Source: Octopus sinensis
Taxonomy: Eukaryota
Assembly: GCF_006345805.1 (NCBI RefSeq)
Contig: NC_043013.1
Span: forward strand, 33,356,001 to 33,420,000
Reading direction: 5' to 3'
Length of the DNA stretch: 64,000 nucleotides
Notes under the pieces: model-generated
The model's input: only the letters and a program-made list of their open reading frames with translations
Told to the model about the DNA's origin: nothing
Database searches by the model: none
Part shown: one piece after another, positions 12,613 to 26,867 of the stretch
How positions within the stretch are numbered: position 1 is the first letter of the stretch
Layout of the letters: each line of letters opens with the position of its first letter
Position numbers and translations under genes: made by a program

Positions 12613-13291
12613 AAGCAACGAATGTATAACCGAAGGATATTTATAATATTCCACCAATCAAATGGCTCATTGGGGTATATAGACATATGTGTGCATGTTT
12701 ATGTGGGTATTTGTGTGTGTGTGTGTGTGTATGTATGTGTGTGTGTGTGTGTCTTTATGTTACGTGTTATGCTTAGAAGCGATAAACGCTAAGAACATTT
12801 TCGTTTAGGGTCTATTGCAATTATCCAGTCCAAATTCTTGATGGAATATCCGTGTTATCGTAACAAGGTCAAACTAGATTATTATAGCATGGAACTGATT
12901 AACATATAATGTGTGTAGTACTTGTGTTTCGAATAACTATGCAAGCGAGAAATGTTTCAACTTTTAAATTATCTTCTTCAGATAAGGGCATTTCAATAAG
13001 TGTTTTCACTATATCTATATATGGATATAAAATACGCACAAGTGCGTTGGACATTTTGAGAGTGTTTATGCGAGTATATATGCATGTACCTTTTACTTAC
13101 TTGTTGTATATGTGCAGCAACGGGTCCGTACATTGTTAGCTACATCATACGTGTGAGTTTGTTTCTGAAAACTTACAGAGAAATGACAAGAGTTAACAGA
13201 GCGCAGACACTTCGCATTATCAGTGATCCTGCATCTAAAATGCTTTACATGAACGAAGGGGATGCACACACACATGGTTGGTACATCAGAT

Positions 13292-13331
<40 letters not shown>

Positions 13332-13597
13332 CGTTTGTGTGTGTATGTGTGTATATATATATATATATGTATGCATATATATATATGTATAAATATTTAT
13401 GTATATATATATATATATATAGCCAGGTGGTGCTATTAAGTTAGACATGGCCTGGGCCAATACTGGCCAAAACCTTTCTAAGTTATTCTAAGTTATATAT
13501 ATATGTATATATATTTTCAGATATATGCTTGTAACAAAATTTAACTGTAGGTGAGTTGCTGAGTGTACACTCATACATATGTAGTCGTAAACATACG

Positions 13598-13649
<52 letters not shown>

Positions 13650-13823
13650 TAACATAGCAGGAGTGTTTATGGGTGGTGTGTAGATGTGTGTAAAGGTATG
13701 AGGTGTAAATAAATACTAATAAGGAACAGATACACGTATAAACAGAAGCACACACCTATGTATATACATACATGCATTTAGACAAGCATATAATCATATA
13801 TATATATATATATATATATATAA

Positions 13824-13861
<38 letters not shown>

Positions 13862-14903
13862 TATGTACATACACAATAGTGCAAGACCCCACCATACCCA
13901 CAAACCGTCGTGTATTTATGTCTCGTCTAGAGCTATAAGGTATTTTAGTTATAGGCTCACCGTATGATATAATCGGTTAAATTCACCGAAACCGAATGTC
14001 TAAGCCGACGCGACTTAGCGAAGTATTTGGCTGAAATACGGAGATTAAAAAAGCAAAAAATAAGCTTCGGTGCAGCGATTATCTGAAAATCTGTATTAAA
14101 TTATAGATAGATGTTAAGTGGAATGGAATCTGAAGAACATAGCAGACTTAAGTTGTTTAGGATGTTGAATGCGCTCCATCTAAATAACCACATTACAGTA
14201 TACAAAAAGACAATCTCTACTAATTCACAGTTGACCGTAACGTTTTGTATCTTCTGTATCTCTTGTACCTTACTATACCCAAGATTTCTAGATGGTGGTT
14301 CGATTATACGGGACCAGTCAGGGATCCAATCTTGTACCTATTCGTTTTAAGTTTACGCTGTTTAAGGTTCAATTCCTCCTTCCTTCTTTATATTTCTATT
14401 ATAACACACAGACACACACACAGAGTAAGACACACAGTGAGACACATATACCGAGGCACACACGAGAACACTCATCTATACGTACTTATATACGTACATC
14501 CACATACATAACCTTATACTGGGACACACACACATATACACTCATACACACCATCGTATGTTTTTACTGTTTTGTTCCAACTGTCCTGTTCTTGCTACCA
14601 CTTTCATCCTCCGCAAAAAATTCCAAATTTTATTTAATTTGCATTACGGGAAGGATTGTTTCAACGAAGTGGCGTCTTGACCTTGCCCTCGTAACGTGGA
14701 ATAGATGAAAAAGTAACAACTGAAGAAGGGGTATTATCTGTATTTTGTATGTCTCGTTTCTCTGCTTGTTTTTTCGTTTTTCGTAAAATAGTTCGTTTCT
14801 ATGTTTTTGTTTCTATGTTATCATTTCAACGTTTTCTTATGTCCTGTACCCATATATGCATGTATATATGCATATATATGTAGGTATGCACATATATGCA
14901 TGT

Positions 14904-14949
<46 letters not shown>

Positions 14950-15439
14950 ATTATATATATATATATACATATATATATATAAATATATATATATATTATA
15001 TATATATATATATATATGTATATATGCATATATTTATATATTATTTATATTATCATATGATCGAAAGCCACGCATCCTTTTCCAAGTAAGTTTTACCCAT
15101 CTATCAATCTTTCTCTCTCTCTCTCTCTATCAATCTATCTATCTATATATATTTACATACATGCGCTCAATCATTTATATCTTTATACATATATGCATAT
15201 TTTTATAGCCTGCCACACAGATTGGTACAGATAAATTATGCAGCAGAGGTTTAATCATTGTGTTCACACGACGTACATCGCGAGACTATCAAAACACTCT
15301 CCCCGACAACTACCGACTATTACTCTTTATAAGAGTTCGGCTAGTCTATTCTTCCAATCCGCCAAGGATATCAATGACTCTCACCACAACTCATAAACAC
15401 ATATATACATGCACAAATATATATATATGTGACCTCGTG

Positions 15440-15640
15440 TGTACCGTTGCCGATTTTTTTTCTTCTGTCTTCCCTTCTCTGGATCTTTCCTTCTATGTTT
15501 CCGACGAAGAGCTCCGCTCGAAACGTTAGACCCACCTTCTTTCCTTCTTTCCTTAGCGTCCAATAATACTATATTTGTTCCACGTCCTCGCGTTGTTGTG
15601 TTTTTTTGTGCTTTCTTGTTTGGATTAACTTTATATATAG
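15440..15640 (+). mobile_element. Penelope-like element terminal repeat fragment
   Basis: Pyrimidine-rich unit containing a hammerhead motif and ending in (TA)n, followed by an FLDVLI-containing RT relic. Confidence 0.65.
15497..15532 (+). ncRNA. Minimal type-I hammerhead ribozyme (U4>C variant)
   Basis: GTTT-CCGACGA-A-GAGC(tcc)GCTC-GAAAC-GTT-AGAC: stem I GTTT/AGAC, 4-bp stem II and palindromic AACGTT stem III, the architecture described for Penelope-like element hammerheads. Confidence 0.7.
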
Positions 15641-15689
15641 GATAAAACTAAAACAAGTACAGAATGGAACAGGTAAACACTGACTACGA

Positions 15690-15810
15690 ACGTTTCATAA
15701 CAAAGTGATGCGTATTACACAATTTGAACGTACACACAAAACCAGCTTTCTTAGATGTTCTCATCAATTATGAAGATTCAAATGAAGACAGTCTTAAGAG
15801 TGAAACCAAC
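15690..15810 (+). pseudogene. Decayed Penelope-like RT fragment
   Basis: aaaccagctttcttagatgttctcatc translates to KPAFLDVLI, an RT thumb-region motif; the rest is degenerate. Confidence 0.4.
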
Positions 15811-16181
15811 ATGCATTAAAATGGTATACAACATGCATTAAAATGGCATACGTGAACAGATTTTTTTGGAGAGTTATCTATAGAAAAATATTAGAAATTC
15901 ACAGGTTCGAACGATGCATTCTGCAAAACTTCACAAACCACACAGATATATCATAGTAAGGGGAACAAGGATATCTGATGACTATGTCAATAAAAAGTGA
16001 GTGCAATGTGGATCATACGCAGCCACAAATATACATTTATAGAATATTAGGCAAAAAAAGCCTTTCACAAACACAAAAAAGGGCACAGACTTGCAAACCA
16101 TACAAGGGACTTCAGGCAAATGTTAAGATATAAACATTTCAAAACAGATATCAAACCGTTACACAGGGCAAATAACAACAA

Positions 16182-16318
16182 TACTTGCTCACAAGACGTT
16201 GGTCATCCCGATGCTATTAGAAGTAGAGAAGTAGACAATTGCTCAAGGAGCCACACAGTGATACCGAACCCTGGGCCATGTGGTTGGGAAGCAAACTTCT
16301 TACCATACACAGATCGCA
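16182..16318 (-). mobile_element. SINE family B, decayed head/core fragment
   Basis: cacaagacgttggtc..agacaattgctcaagg.gccacacagtg..gaaccc..ccatgtggttgggaagcaaacttcttacca. Confidence 0.7.
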
Positions 16319-16354
16319 TTATCATAATTTATGAAATAAAATTATTAAAAAAAT

Positions 16355-16975
16355 ACTGGTTTCAAACTTTGGCGCAAGGCCAGCAATTTTGAGGGGTTGT
16401 GGCAAGTCGATTACATCGACCCCCAGTTCTCAAATGGTACTTCTTTTATCGAACCCGAAAGGATGAAAGGCAAAGTCGACCGCAGTGGCAAATGAACTAA
16501 GAACGTGAAGCCGGACGAAATGCAAACTTTAAGCATCTTCTGTGACGCAGTTAAAGTTCTTATTTCTTTATTGCCCACAAGGGGCTACACACAGAAGGGA
16601 CAAACAAGGACAGACAAAGGGATTAGGTCGATTACATCGAACCCAGTGCGTAACTGGTACTTTTTTAATCGACCTCGAAAGAATGAAAGGCAAAGTCGAC
16701 CTCGGTGGAATTTGAACTCAGAACGTGGCGGAAGACGAAATACCTATTTTTTTACTAGCCACAAAGGGCTAAACACAGAGAGGACAAACAAGGACAGACA
16801 AACGGATTAAGTCGATTACTTCGACCCCAGTACGTAACTGGTACTTAATTTACCGACACTGAAATGTTGAAAGGCAAACTCAACCTCGGCGGAATTTGAA
16901 CTCAGAAGGTAACGGCAGACGAAATACGGCTACGCATTTCGCCCGGCGAGCTAACGTTTCTGCCAGCTCGCCACT
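16355..16975 (-). mobile_element. SINE family A: younger dimer (16560-16975) nested in the head of an older copy
   Basis: Three body units in tandem; the first is more diverged and has a different tail. Confidence 0.88.
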
Positions 16976-17430
16976 TGTTCTGCCTGTTCGCCGACTTTAT
17001 AAAACAATAGTTGTGAAAATATTAACAAGTACCAGTTGAGCACACGGACTGATCCGATTGACTTACTCTTTTCTTCTCAAAATTGTTTGCCTTATGTCAA
17101 AGTTAGAAAGGACGACTTATAATTATCACTGAAGGCAGCGACCTAGTAGGATCGTTTGAACGTTCGATAAACAAGTTTTGTCCCTTTTCTTCTGATTTCT
17201 TGCATTCTGCGTTGAAAACCTGCCGATGTCAATCTTGCCCTTCATCGTTTGGGGTACGATAAAAATAAGCAACACTAGAGAACGGAGATCGATATAACCG
17301 GTTGGCTCCCTCCTTCCAATAGAAAGGACTATTGCTCTCACTTCATTCTGATGATACTGTCGGAGATATTTTCAAATATAAGTAGATAGATATTTTATGA
17401 AAACTATTGGCCCTGGCTAAGCATAAAATA

Positions 17431-18140
17431 CGAGTGAATACCCTAAAATACCCTAAAGTAACTGGAAATGTTCTCTGTGGGACAAACCCGCTGTAGTTCA
17501 GGCTTCCCCTGCTAGAAGCCACTTGATGCGACCCTCAGGTATCAGTCTGCCGACAGACGTCTTCGGTGGTTTTTGTGCTGCACGTGGTGCGTATTTGTTT
17601 TTCCGTGTTTCTGCTCTGTTCGTCGATTTTGTGAAACGAAGGAACGGCGTGCTTCCGTGTAATTCTGTTTTCTGCTGGGGGGAAACGGTATCCGAAACAG
17701 TTGTTATGCTTGAAACAGCTAACAAGGACGCTGCCAAGAGCAAATCACAAGCTTATGAGTGGTTTTCTCGTTTCAGGAATAATTACTTTTCGCTTGAAGA
17801 CCAACCTCCTTCAAGACTGAATGAATGCGTGCTGAGAACTGAAAGACCAGCTGGAAGTTGATCCGGACCATTTTGGAAGGTAATCACTGGTGACGAAAGC
17901 TGGTGCAACAGAATTTGCAGATGTGGAAGAGGTGAAAAAAAAAGGTAAAACAACGGACGCGTTAAAAGGCATCACATCGCAAGAGTTCCAGCTCTGCTTC
18001 GAATAGTGGAAAACGCTCGTGGACCGATATATTGCTTCAAATGGAGAATATCTGAAGGCGATAAAAGTGTAAAGATGTAAACCTAAGTGAGTGAATAAAA
18101 TAGTACTTTAAAATTCCGGTTTCTTTTGGATAACCCCTCG
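17431..18140 (+). mobile_element. Internally deleted mariner transposon
   Basis: TA-flanked; the degenerate left TIR (cgagtgaataccctaaa..gtaactggaa) is complementary to the right TIR (ttccggtttcttttggataacccctcg). Relics read FCFLLGETVSETVVML..YEWFSRF, KVITGDESWC and EFADVEEVKKK..LKGITSQEFQ..IASNGEY. Confidence 0.9.
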
Positions 18141-18393
18141 TAGTAAGAAAAATAAAATTATAAAGAATCCTTACTGAACAAGATCAAACACGAAAATAGT
18201 TGGGGTATTTAACATGAAAATATTTGGAAAGAAAGCCATTTCATGTTGACACAAGTCTACTTGTCTCATTCTCTATCTCTCTCCTTTTCTCTGTCCACCC
18301 TCTCTTTCTCGAAAGCACACACACACACATACGTATACATAAATATATATATATATATATACACATACATACATATGTATGCATGTATGCATT

Positions 18394-18448
<55 letters not shown>

Positions 18449-18508
18449 ATATATAGATGTATGTATGTGTATATGCATGCATATATATATATGTTTGGTG
18501 TGTGTGTG

Positions 18509-18550
<42 letters not shown>

Positions 18551-18899
18551 GCACACATATATAAATATAAAGCGTTTTATATATTTGTGTAGTGGATGTA
18601 TACATATCCTGTTTTCCGTTCTAATTTTTATAGGAATGCTACCGTATTTATTTATGTTTCTGTATGTTCCTGTTCGAGTGTGTGGTATTCATACGTGTAA
18701 TCTTGTATGTGTAGATACATACATACATACATATACATACGCATAGATACATATACGTATTCATATACACAGACGCACGAACAGACATATACCCACACAC
18801 GCGCATGCATATAATATTGGCACAAGTGGATATGTAGGAGACAAATCTGTGAATGGTTAAATGTGCATGTTTGCTTGAAACACTTGGAGCTGGTAACTG

Positions 18900-19652
<753 letters not shown>

Positions 19653-21529
19653 GCTTTTTGCTTTCCCTCTCGCACGAATATTGGCTGTAGTTGTGTTATC
19701 TTTCACATCTTCGATGTTTATTCAGTACTCTGAAATCCGGTTGAAGCATTGTCGAGTTTATAGAAGATAGACTTATTTATATACTTAAGTTAGTTAGCAG
19801 CAGTTCCGTTTCGATTGTGTTAAGGCTGGTGTGGTGTCACGTAAATGTTGATCACATGTTCACTATTGGTTAGCTGATTAATTTCGTGACTCTAACACAA
19901 GCCAATATGGCGTACAAAGTCAGTTATCAAAGCTAAAGCTTTCGATATCTTCGCAAATTTTCATCATTTAAATGAACTGGCGTACTCATGACACTGAAAA
20001 GAATATGAAATTCAAAAATGATTTATATTCAGAATTAGTTCGTGATTCTTCGTAAAATAGTTAGAGATTCAAAGAAACAAGAGACGGATTTGTATAAAGG
20101 AAGCAACACAGACGTACGCATAAACAATGTCACACTAACACGCACACACACAACTGTGTGTGTATCCGTGTTTATATGTATATGCATGTATATATTTCTA
20201 TGTTTATAAATGTGCATATGTATATGTGTGTGTGCTTTTATGCATATATATGTATATGTACACGCATGCACACACATTTATTTACATATGCATATACGTA
20301 TAAGCATATATGTGTGTGTGTGTGTGTCTGTTGTATCTAGATAATAATTTAGTTTCACACATGCACAAAACTTCCCAGATGCGTATACAAATGTGTATCT
20401 ACCTGTATATACGTGTGTGTGTGTGTGTGTTTGTGTGTGTGTGTATGTGTGTATTTATAATCCTGTGTCTTTATATACTCTCACACGCGCGCATATATTT
20501 ATATAAAGACAGGGAGAGAAAGAGAGAGAGAGTAAGAATGAAAGAAGTATGTCTCTCTCTCCATGAAAGAGACCTCGACATTAACACAAGGTTTTTGTTT
20601 ATAGCGTAAAACATTTCATGCCTCCGTATAATTATGTATAAATACCTGCCTGTTTTATACGTATTGAAATCTATATATATACGCGTATGTATATGCATAC
20701 ATAATTTTGGATAGATCTGTATGTGTGTTTGTTTGTGGTCCTGTGTGTTCGTAAGTATACATTTACATTTGCATATATACCATATATGATCACATTCCTT
20801 CCTCCACACACAGGCACGCGAGCACACGCATACACACACAAGATCAGGCATATATGCATATTTTCTTATATTCATACATATTATCTCATCATTTTATATG
20901 AGATATGATCTTTAAATGTATATATATATTTTTATTCTGTCTTTTTTTTTTCCGGATATATCTAGACTTGAAACTGACTACCATTTAATATGCCATACAT
21001 GTTTATCTCTACCTCTTTCCTGAATAGATTTCCTACCGAATCTCATTGAATAATTTTTTTTCATTTTTATTATATTTAGCTTGACATATAATGTGTGTCT
21101 TGCATAAAGGAATGACTTTATTGAAAAACAAATCACAAAGATGAAAAGAAAAAAGAAAAACAAGAACAGAGAACTAAAATATATCTTTGTTGAATATTTT
21201 CATTATTTTGACTAAAACTGTTCAGCGTCAAATTAAACGTATTTTGTTAGTTCTTCACGTTTTGGTAACAGTTTTTCTTTAAATATTTTCCTTGCGTATA
21301 TTTATATATTCTTACACAGTGGACGATAAAGTAATTGTCAGTAAAATGTATTAAGATGGATTAGAACTAATTATTATTTTTTGGTTCGTAGCTGTGCTCT
21401 AACTCATAATTCTTTGTTCTTGAACAATACCAGTAACGCATAAGTGGTTGCTACTTCCTCGTGCAATCATTCTCTATTTCTTGATAAACGAATGCAATTA
21501 ACAATTCGTTCTATTTTTTGGCTCAGAGT

Positions 21530-21740
21530 GAGCCTTTTGGAGTGGAGGGGGATGTTTATTACATCGACCAGATGTAATAACAGCTTAACTTGTATTCATT
21601 TCATCGACTTCAAATGATGAAAAGCGAAGTCGACTGTGGTGGCGTTTAAACTCAGAACATAAAGCCGGAAGAAATATTTTTACGCATGTTGTCCGGCGTG
21701 TTACCTATCCTGCCAGCACGCTACCTCGATAGCGCTACTA
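21530..21740 (-). mobile_element. SINE family A, old decayed copy (another fragment at 22120-22250)
   Basis: tttcatcgacttcaaatgatgaaaagcgaagtcgac..aactcagaac..ccggcgtg..ctgccagcacgctacc. Confidence 0.7.
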
Positions 21741-22480
21741 ATAATCCCAAGTGACTTTTTATAGTGTGCTATAACGGATTCCCACAGAAGGAAAGAGAGA
21801 GAAAGAGAAGGAAGGAGAAAAAAAGAGAGAGGAGAGATAGAAAAAGAGAGAGAGAAAGATAGAAAAATTAGACTTCCAATTCTTGACTGGTATATGCAAT
21901 TATCTGCAGTGGTAGGGTCACAATCAAATTTGATATTCAGCGGTGTATGAATTCTGAGTTCTCGGACGGAAAATACAGCATCGAACAGATGCCAAAAGAT
22001 TCAAAGCATTCTGGTCCATGATTCTCAGAATTTGTCACCCAAAAAGGAATATAACTTATGTGTAAACACAACAGAAAGTTGTGTGCCCCTATAAAGCTAA
22101 AGTTGCTTCTTTCGCGAGAAGCGGGCAAATAGATCCTATCGACCTCAGTACTCTAATGGCAGAATTTTAACCTAGAACGTAAAGACTTTCGAAATTTAAG
22201 CATTTTTTCCTGTGTTCTAACGATTCTGCTTGCTCGCTACCTTAATATTCCGCAACATATTAGCTTGTGCAAAGGGGATGATGCATTGTAAGTTTGTCTT
22301 AAAGTCAAAATAAACGTCGAGTTGACTTTTGTACTTATTTATTCATTAATACTGTTTTTGTTTTCTCACTTCATATTTCTAGGCAGTTTTCACGTTAATG
22401 CTCCATTATTCAATATGATGCATTAACTTATCAATTTTTATAAGGCTTATTCATAGCAGAACCCCCAGCTTTGTTTTCAG

Positions 22481-22551
22481 ATCCTCAGACATTTGAGATA
22501 GACAGCAAGAAAGAGATCAGAAATCTGATTAGAATAAATGGAACAGAGAGG
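22481..22551 (+). CDS. Candidate internal coding exon, product unknown
   Basis: ctttgttttcag acceptor and G|GTATTG donor; open as (x)DPQTFEIDSKKEIRNLIRINGTER, phase 1 to 0. No homology recognised. Confidence 0.3.
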
Positions 22552-23395
22552 GTATTGTAAAAGTGCACATTGCCCACGTGGTGGCATTAATACTTAACAC
22601 TGTTAAAATTTGTGTTATATTTAGTATCCGAATATGAGGAGCAAAATTCACAGTTACAGTTAACATTTTCTTTTTAACGTAGCTATTACATAGCTTTATC
22701 TTAATTGAACTAAGACCAGTAGCCACTAGCATACATCATATTTATTGTGCACTTTGGTATCAGGAAATATCTGAAAAAATTAAATTAAATTTAACTCCAG
22801 AAAAAAAAAGCAGTGTCACAATGCTGGCCATTGATTATTTATTGAGAATTCAGCAAATTCAATTCAATACTAGAATGAAAATGAAATTATAGCGGCAAAG
22901 TGTTACAAGACCATCTCTCTCATTTTCTTTCCTTGCAAGGAATGTTGATACCATTATTAACTTCGCTCTAAGTGCTAAGAGCAATGTAACAATAAAAACA
23001 TTTGCATTATAAGCGTGGTTAGTTTTGCCCATATGTTAAATTTAGTGGCAAACATTAATAAACACCGTACAAATGTTAAACTTGCTGATGGCTAACGACA
23101 ATAAAAACAACAGCGGATAGGATGGTAAATGGACAACTTTCCTCTTATACAAGGTGCGATAATCTAACGTATTAGATCCGTTCCGAGAATATCAATGATC
23201 TCTGTATGCATTAGACGCGTGTTTTCAACAAGTGTGTTTATATCTGTGATTGAAATCATAATTAGATATCATTTTGTACATAGGCACATGCATATAGAGA
23301 TATGAATATAAATACATACAAATAAGTATATACACACACACACACACATATATATATGAATATATATATATATACACACACACATATATATATGA

Positions 23396-23445
<50 letters not shown>

Positions 23446-23469
23446 GAATATATATATATATATATATAT

Positions 23470-23545
<76 letters not shown>
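23470..23545 (+). repeat. (GATA)n microsatellite
   Basis: Pure run following (TA)n. Confidence 0.95.
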
Positions 23546-23546
<1 letters not shown>

Positions 23547-24076
23547 AGATAGAGATACAAAGATAGATAGATATATACGATATATAGATACTTAAATATA
23601 CATATATATATAATACATATTATACTATGATTATCACGCCAACTCTTTGTTCACTGATAGAGAAGCGGCGTGACAGTGCATAAGCAAAGATATTCTAAAA
23701 CTTGAAGAACGTAAACTATGCGTAGTGATAAGATCCATGTTCGGAAATTTGTAATGTGTTCACATATACATTCGGCTTAGAACACTTGCTATCTTTATGT
23801 GTTCCAATGTTAAAATAAGTTATGTGTTCAAGGCCTCTGTACCATATTTGTAAAATACACAAAATGATAAATCAATATCAATATCATAACAGTGTAGATT
23901 GTAAAGTTTTTCTCTGCTTCTAATAGAACATTTTTTTTTTTACATTTTTCTTTCTACGGAATATCCCTTATTTGTCGATTAGAATTCCTTCAGTGAGTTT
24001 AGATGGAAGTACACACAGAAGTAAAAATAATTCCAACTTTCAGTTCTCAATTGCAAATTACGTTCACTAACTTCAG

Positions 24077-24137
24077 ATTTTTAAAGATTTACATTCTTGG
24101 AAGAACGCTGGACTTACATCATCCGAGGATTTCCTGG
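24077..24137 (+). CDS. Candidate internal coding exon, frame-compatible with 22481-22551
   Basis: cactaacttcag acceptor and G|GTAATT donor; open as IFKDLHSWKNAGLTSSEDFL, phase 0 to 1. Confidence 0.28.
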
Positions 24138-24726
24138 GTAATTAAGTGAGGCATGAAGCTATTAGTAATGATGAGTAAATCTTCACTTTATAAATACACA
24201 CACACACACACACACACAAACATATAAATACATATAGCATGTGTGCGTGCGTACGTACGTATTATATTTTTATGTGTAATTTAGCATAGGATATAGTGAA
24301 ACAGATGTAGTGTGTGTGTACGTATGAGTGTTATAGATTGCCGTCATATGAATATATGTGAGCGTACGTGTTTGGTGTTATTATATATGTGTGCAAGTGT
24401 GTATGTGCGTGTGTGAGTGTTGCCTAAACGAAAACGTCAAAAAATAATAACAACAATATTAATAGCGATGATAATAAAAAATATTAGCATAAATAACACT
24501 GATATCACATCCAATATTGTTAGCATTTATTTTCAATTTAGATTTTGCATCTCCTTATGTGCTTCTATTTATTAAGTGCAATACATAAACATATATACAT
24601 ATATATATTATTTTTATGTACATATATATATATATAAATACATATAAATATATATATATATCAACATATATATGTATATTTGTATACACCATTGTATATG
24701 TATGTGTTTATATATATGTACATTCG

Positions 24727-24781
<55 letters not shown>

Positions 24782-25144
24782 ATGTTTGTAGTCTTCTTTC
24801 TTATTCATTTCTTTTCATAACATCATAAAGACACCGTTTCGAGCAAGGCATTAATAAAGAAGAATCAGAGTTGATTAAACTGTGAGAATATTTGGCCTGT
24901 TATGTTTGCTATTTTAACAAACATCAATCCAGATGTTTTGATCGCATCATCGTAACAACTCTTGTTATTTTAGCTCATTTCATGCCTCAGTTAATATTTT
25001 ATCCTGAGGCGAAAATTTCAGCTTAAAGCTAAAAACAAACTAAATTAGCAACAAATGATAAAAAGCAAGAAAATCAAACAAACAACATGAGTAAAAAAAA
25101 GATCAACAAGAAAAAGCTACATAACTGTAACGTGGATAGAGTAC

Positions 25145-25332
25145 CTGAAGAAGAAGAAGAAGAAGAAGAAGAAGAAGAAGAAGAAGACGAAGAGGAAGAA
25201 GAAGAAGAAGAAGAAGAAGAAGAAGAAAAAGACGAAGAGGAAGAAGAAGAAGAAGAAGAAGAAGATGAAGAAGAAGAAAATGAATGAAAATGATATTGAT
25301 GGTGGTGGTGGCTGGAGTAAGATCAGTAGTAA

Positions 25333-25372
<40 letters not shown>

Positions 25373-25572
25373 TTTAGTAGTAGTAGTAGTAGTAGTATTA
25401 TTAGTTGTAGTAGTAGTAATGCTGGTGGTGCTAAGTGTAATAGTATTCATTGTAGTATTGGTGGTGCTACTGTTCATGGTATCAGTAATAGTTTATGAAG
25501 TGGTGGTGGTAGTTAGTAGTAGTAGTAGTAGTAGTAGCAGTAGTGGTAAAAGTGGCGGTGGTGGAGATAGCT
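25145..25572. repeat. Compound triplet array (GAA, TGG, TTA, TAG blocks)
   Basis: Read directly; the GAA block contains a duplicated gacgaagaggaa interruption. Confidence 0.95.
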
Positions 25573-26256
25573 AAGAAAAGAATAATAATATTAGAGTAAG
25601 ATGGAGGCAGCAAATGTAGGAATGTAGAAAAGGAAACAGACCAAGGGGCAAGGAAAAGGAACAGGGGATGAAAGAGAAGAAGTAAAGGAAGAAAGGGAAG
25701 ATGAAAAAGAAGAAAAAGAGACGGAAATGAGAAAGAAAATGTAAAAGAAGAAGACTGGGGAGAAATAGTCGAAGGGAAAGGAAAAGAAGTAGAGGAAAGA
25801 AAGAAAGAAAAAGAAGCAGGTAAAGATAGAAAATAATGTAGAAGAAGAAGAAGAGGAATATGATAAAACCTGAAAAAAGAGGAAGTTTGATATGAGGAGA
25901 AGTGTGACGGGTGCTGATAGGGACCATGTTGTTTGCGTTTACGCGTTTATACTGGTAACAGTTGACGATGAATAATATTGATCTTGATGAGGAATTTAAT
26001 GAATAACATGACGACAACGATAATGGAGAGGATACTGTTACTAATGCTGATGATGAGGAGGAGAAGACGGAGACAGCGGAGGCGGCGGAGGAAGGGGTAG
26101 AAGGGAATATTAATGGCAAAAGTGTTATTGTTTGTAAGCACACAATGACTTGCAAATTCTACGAAATTTCACCCAGAGAACTCAATTTGGGCATTTCATT
26201 CTGAAATTAGTAACGACATAATGTATATGAAGAAAGCCAGAATCTGAAAATTAAGA

Positions 26257-26287
<31 letters not shown>

Positions 26288-26808
26288 GAGTGAGAGAGCA
26301 TTGCATGCCATCAGAGCAACACTGGGGTAAAATATACGAAGCCCTGTATACCCATCATGACTACCCGTCTCATAAGTGTACACCAGGCACATGCATCACA
26401 ACCATATTTGCGCGACATGGTGATCTCATATCAAGATAAACAGCGCATGGCCTTGCAGGTGGGGACGTATTAGAATTTTCTTCAGTAGGAATAGCCCATC
26501 TCGCTAAAAAGGTCCTTAAATAAGGGTTGTTTAAGAATGTTAAACGAAACACCCACGTTTCTAGAGGTGAGTTATTCAAATTCCAAAGAATTCCTTCAAC
26601 ACAGCTATGATACTCCCCACCACTTCTGCTCGTGATCAGAGATGCATATACCGAGCATCTCTGAGATGCAGCTACGAAACATATCTTCGGTATTCAGCAG
26701 AATATTTGCGATGGCCCATCTTTTATAACAAGACAAAACATTTTAATGACAACACTTCCAATCAGATATGATCAGACACATAGTGAGCCTGGTACAGCAT
26801 CAGGGCAT
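26288..26808 (-). mobile_element. Non-coding ~555-nt TAA-associated element, diverged subfamily
   Basis: Colinear with 26868-27423; both termini are conserved (ATGCCCTGATGC... and ...CTCTCTCACTC) and flanked by (TAA)n/(TGA)n. Confidence 0.85.
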
Positions 26809-26823
26809 TCATCATCATCATCA

Positions 26824-26867
<44 letters not shown>

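Noticed and set aside
14700-14850. CTGAAGAAGGGG in a Penelope-terminus-like pyrimidine tract
   Set aside because: No complementary stem II strand followed by GAAA; it may be a terminal-repeat relic but cannot be supported as a ribozyme.
16560-16975. Regularly spaced repeats resembling a CRISPR array
   Set aside because: The units are about 180-bp SINE bodies without unique spacers, in a eukaryotic context with no cas genes.
20978-21163. Possible GIY-YIG relic on the minus strand, and a possible LINE/Penelope relic at 5600-6200
   Set aside because: The similarity is too weak to distinguish from AT-rich noise by eye.
24815-24860. Minus-strand gccttgctcgaaacgg, and acgaaacatgtttc near 32800, as hammerheads
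   Set aside because: No recognisable CTGANGA core and no convincing stem II.
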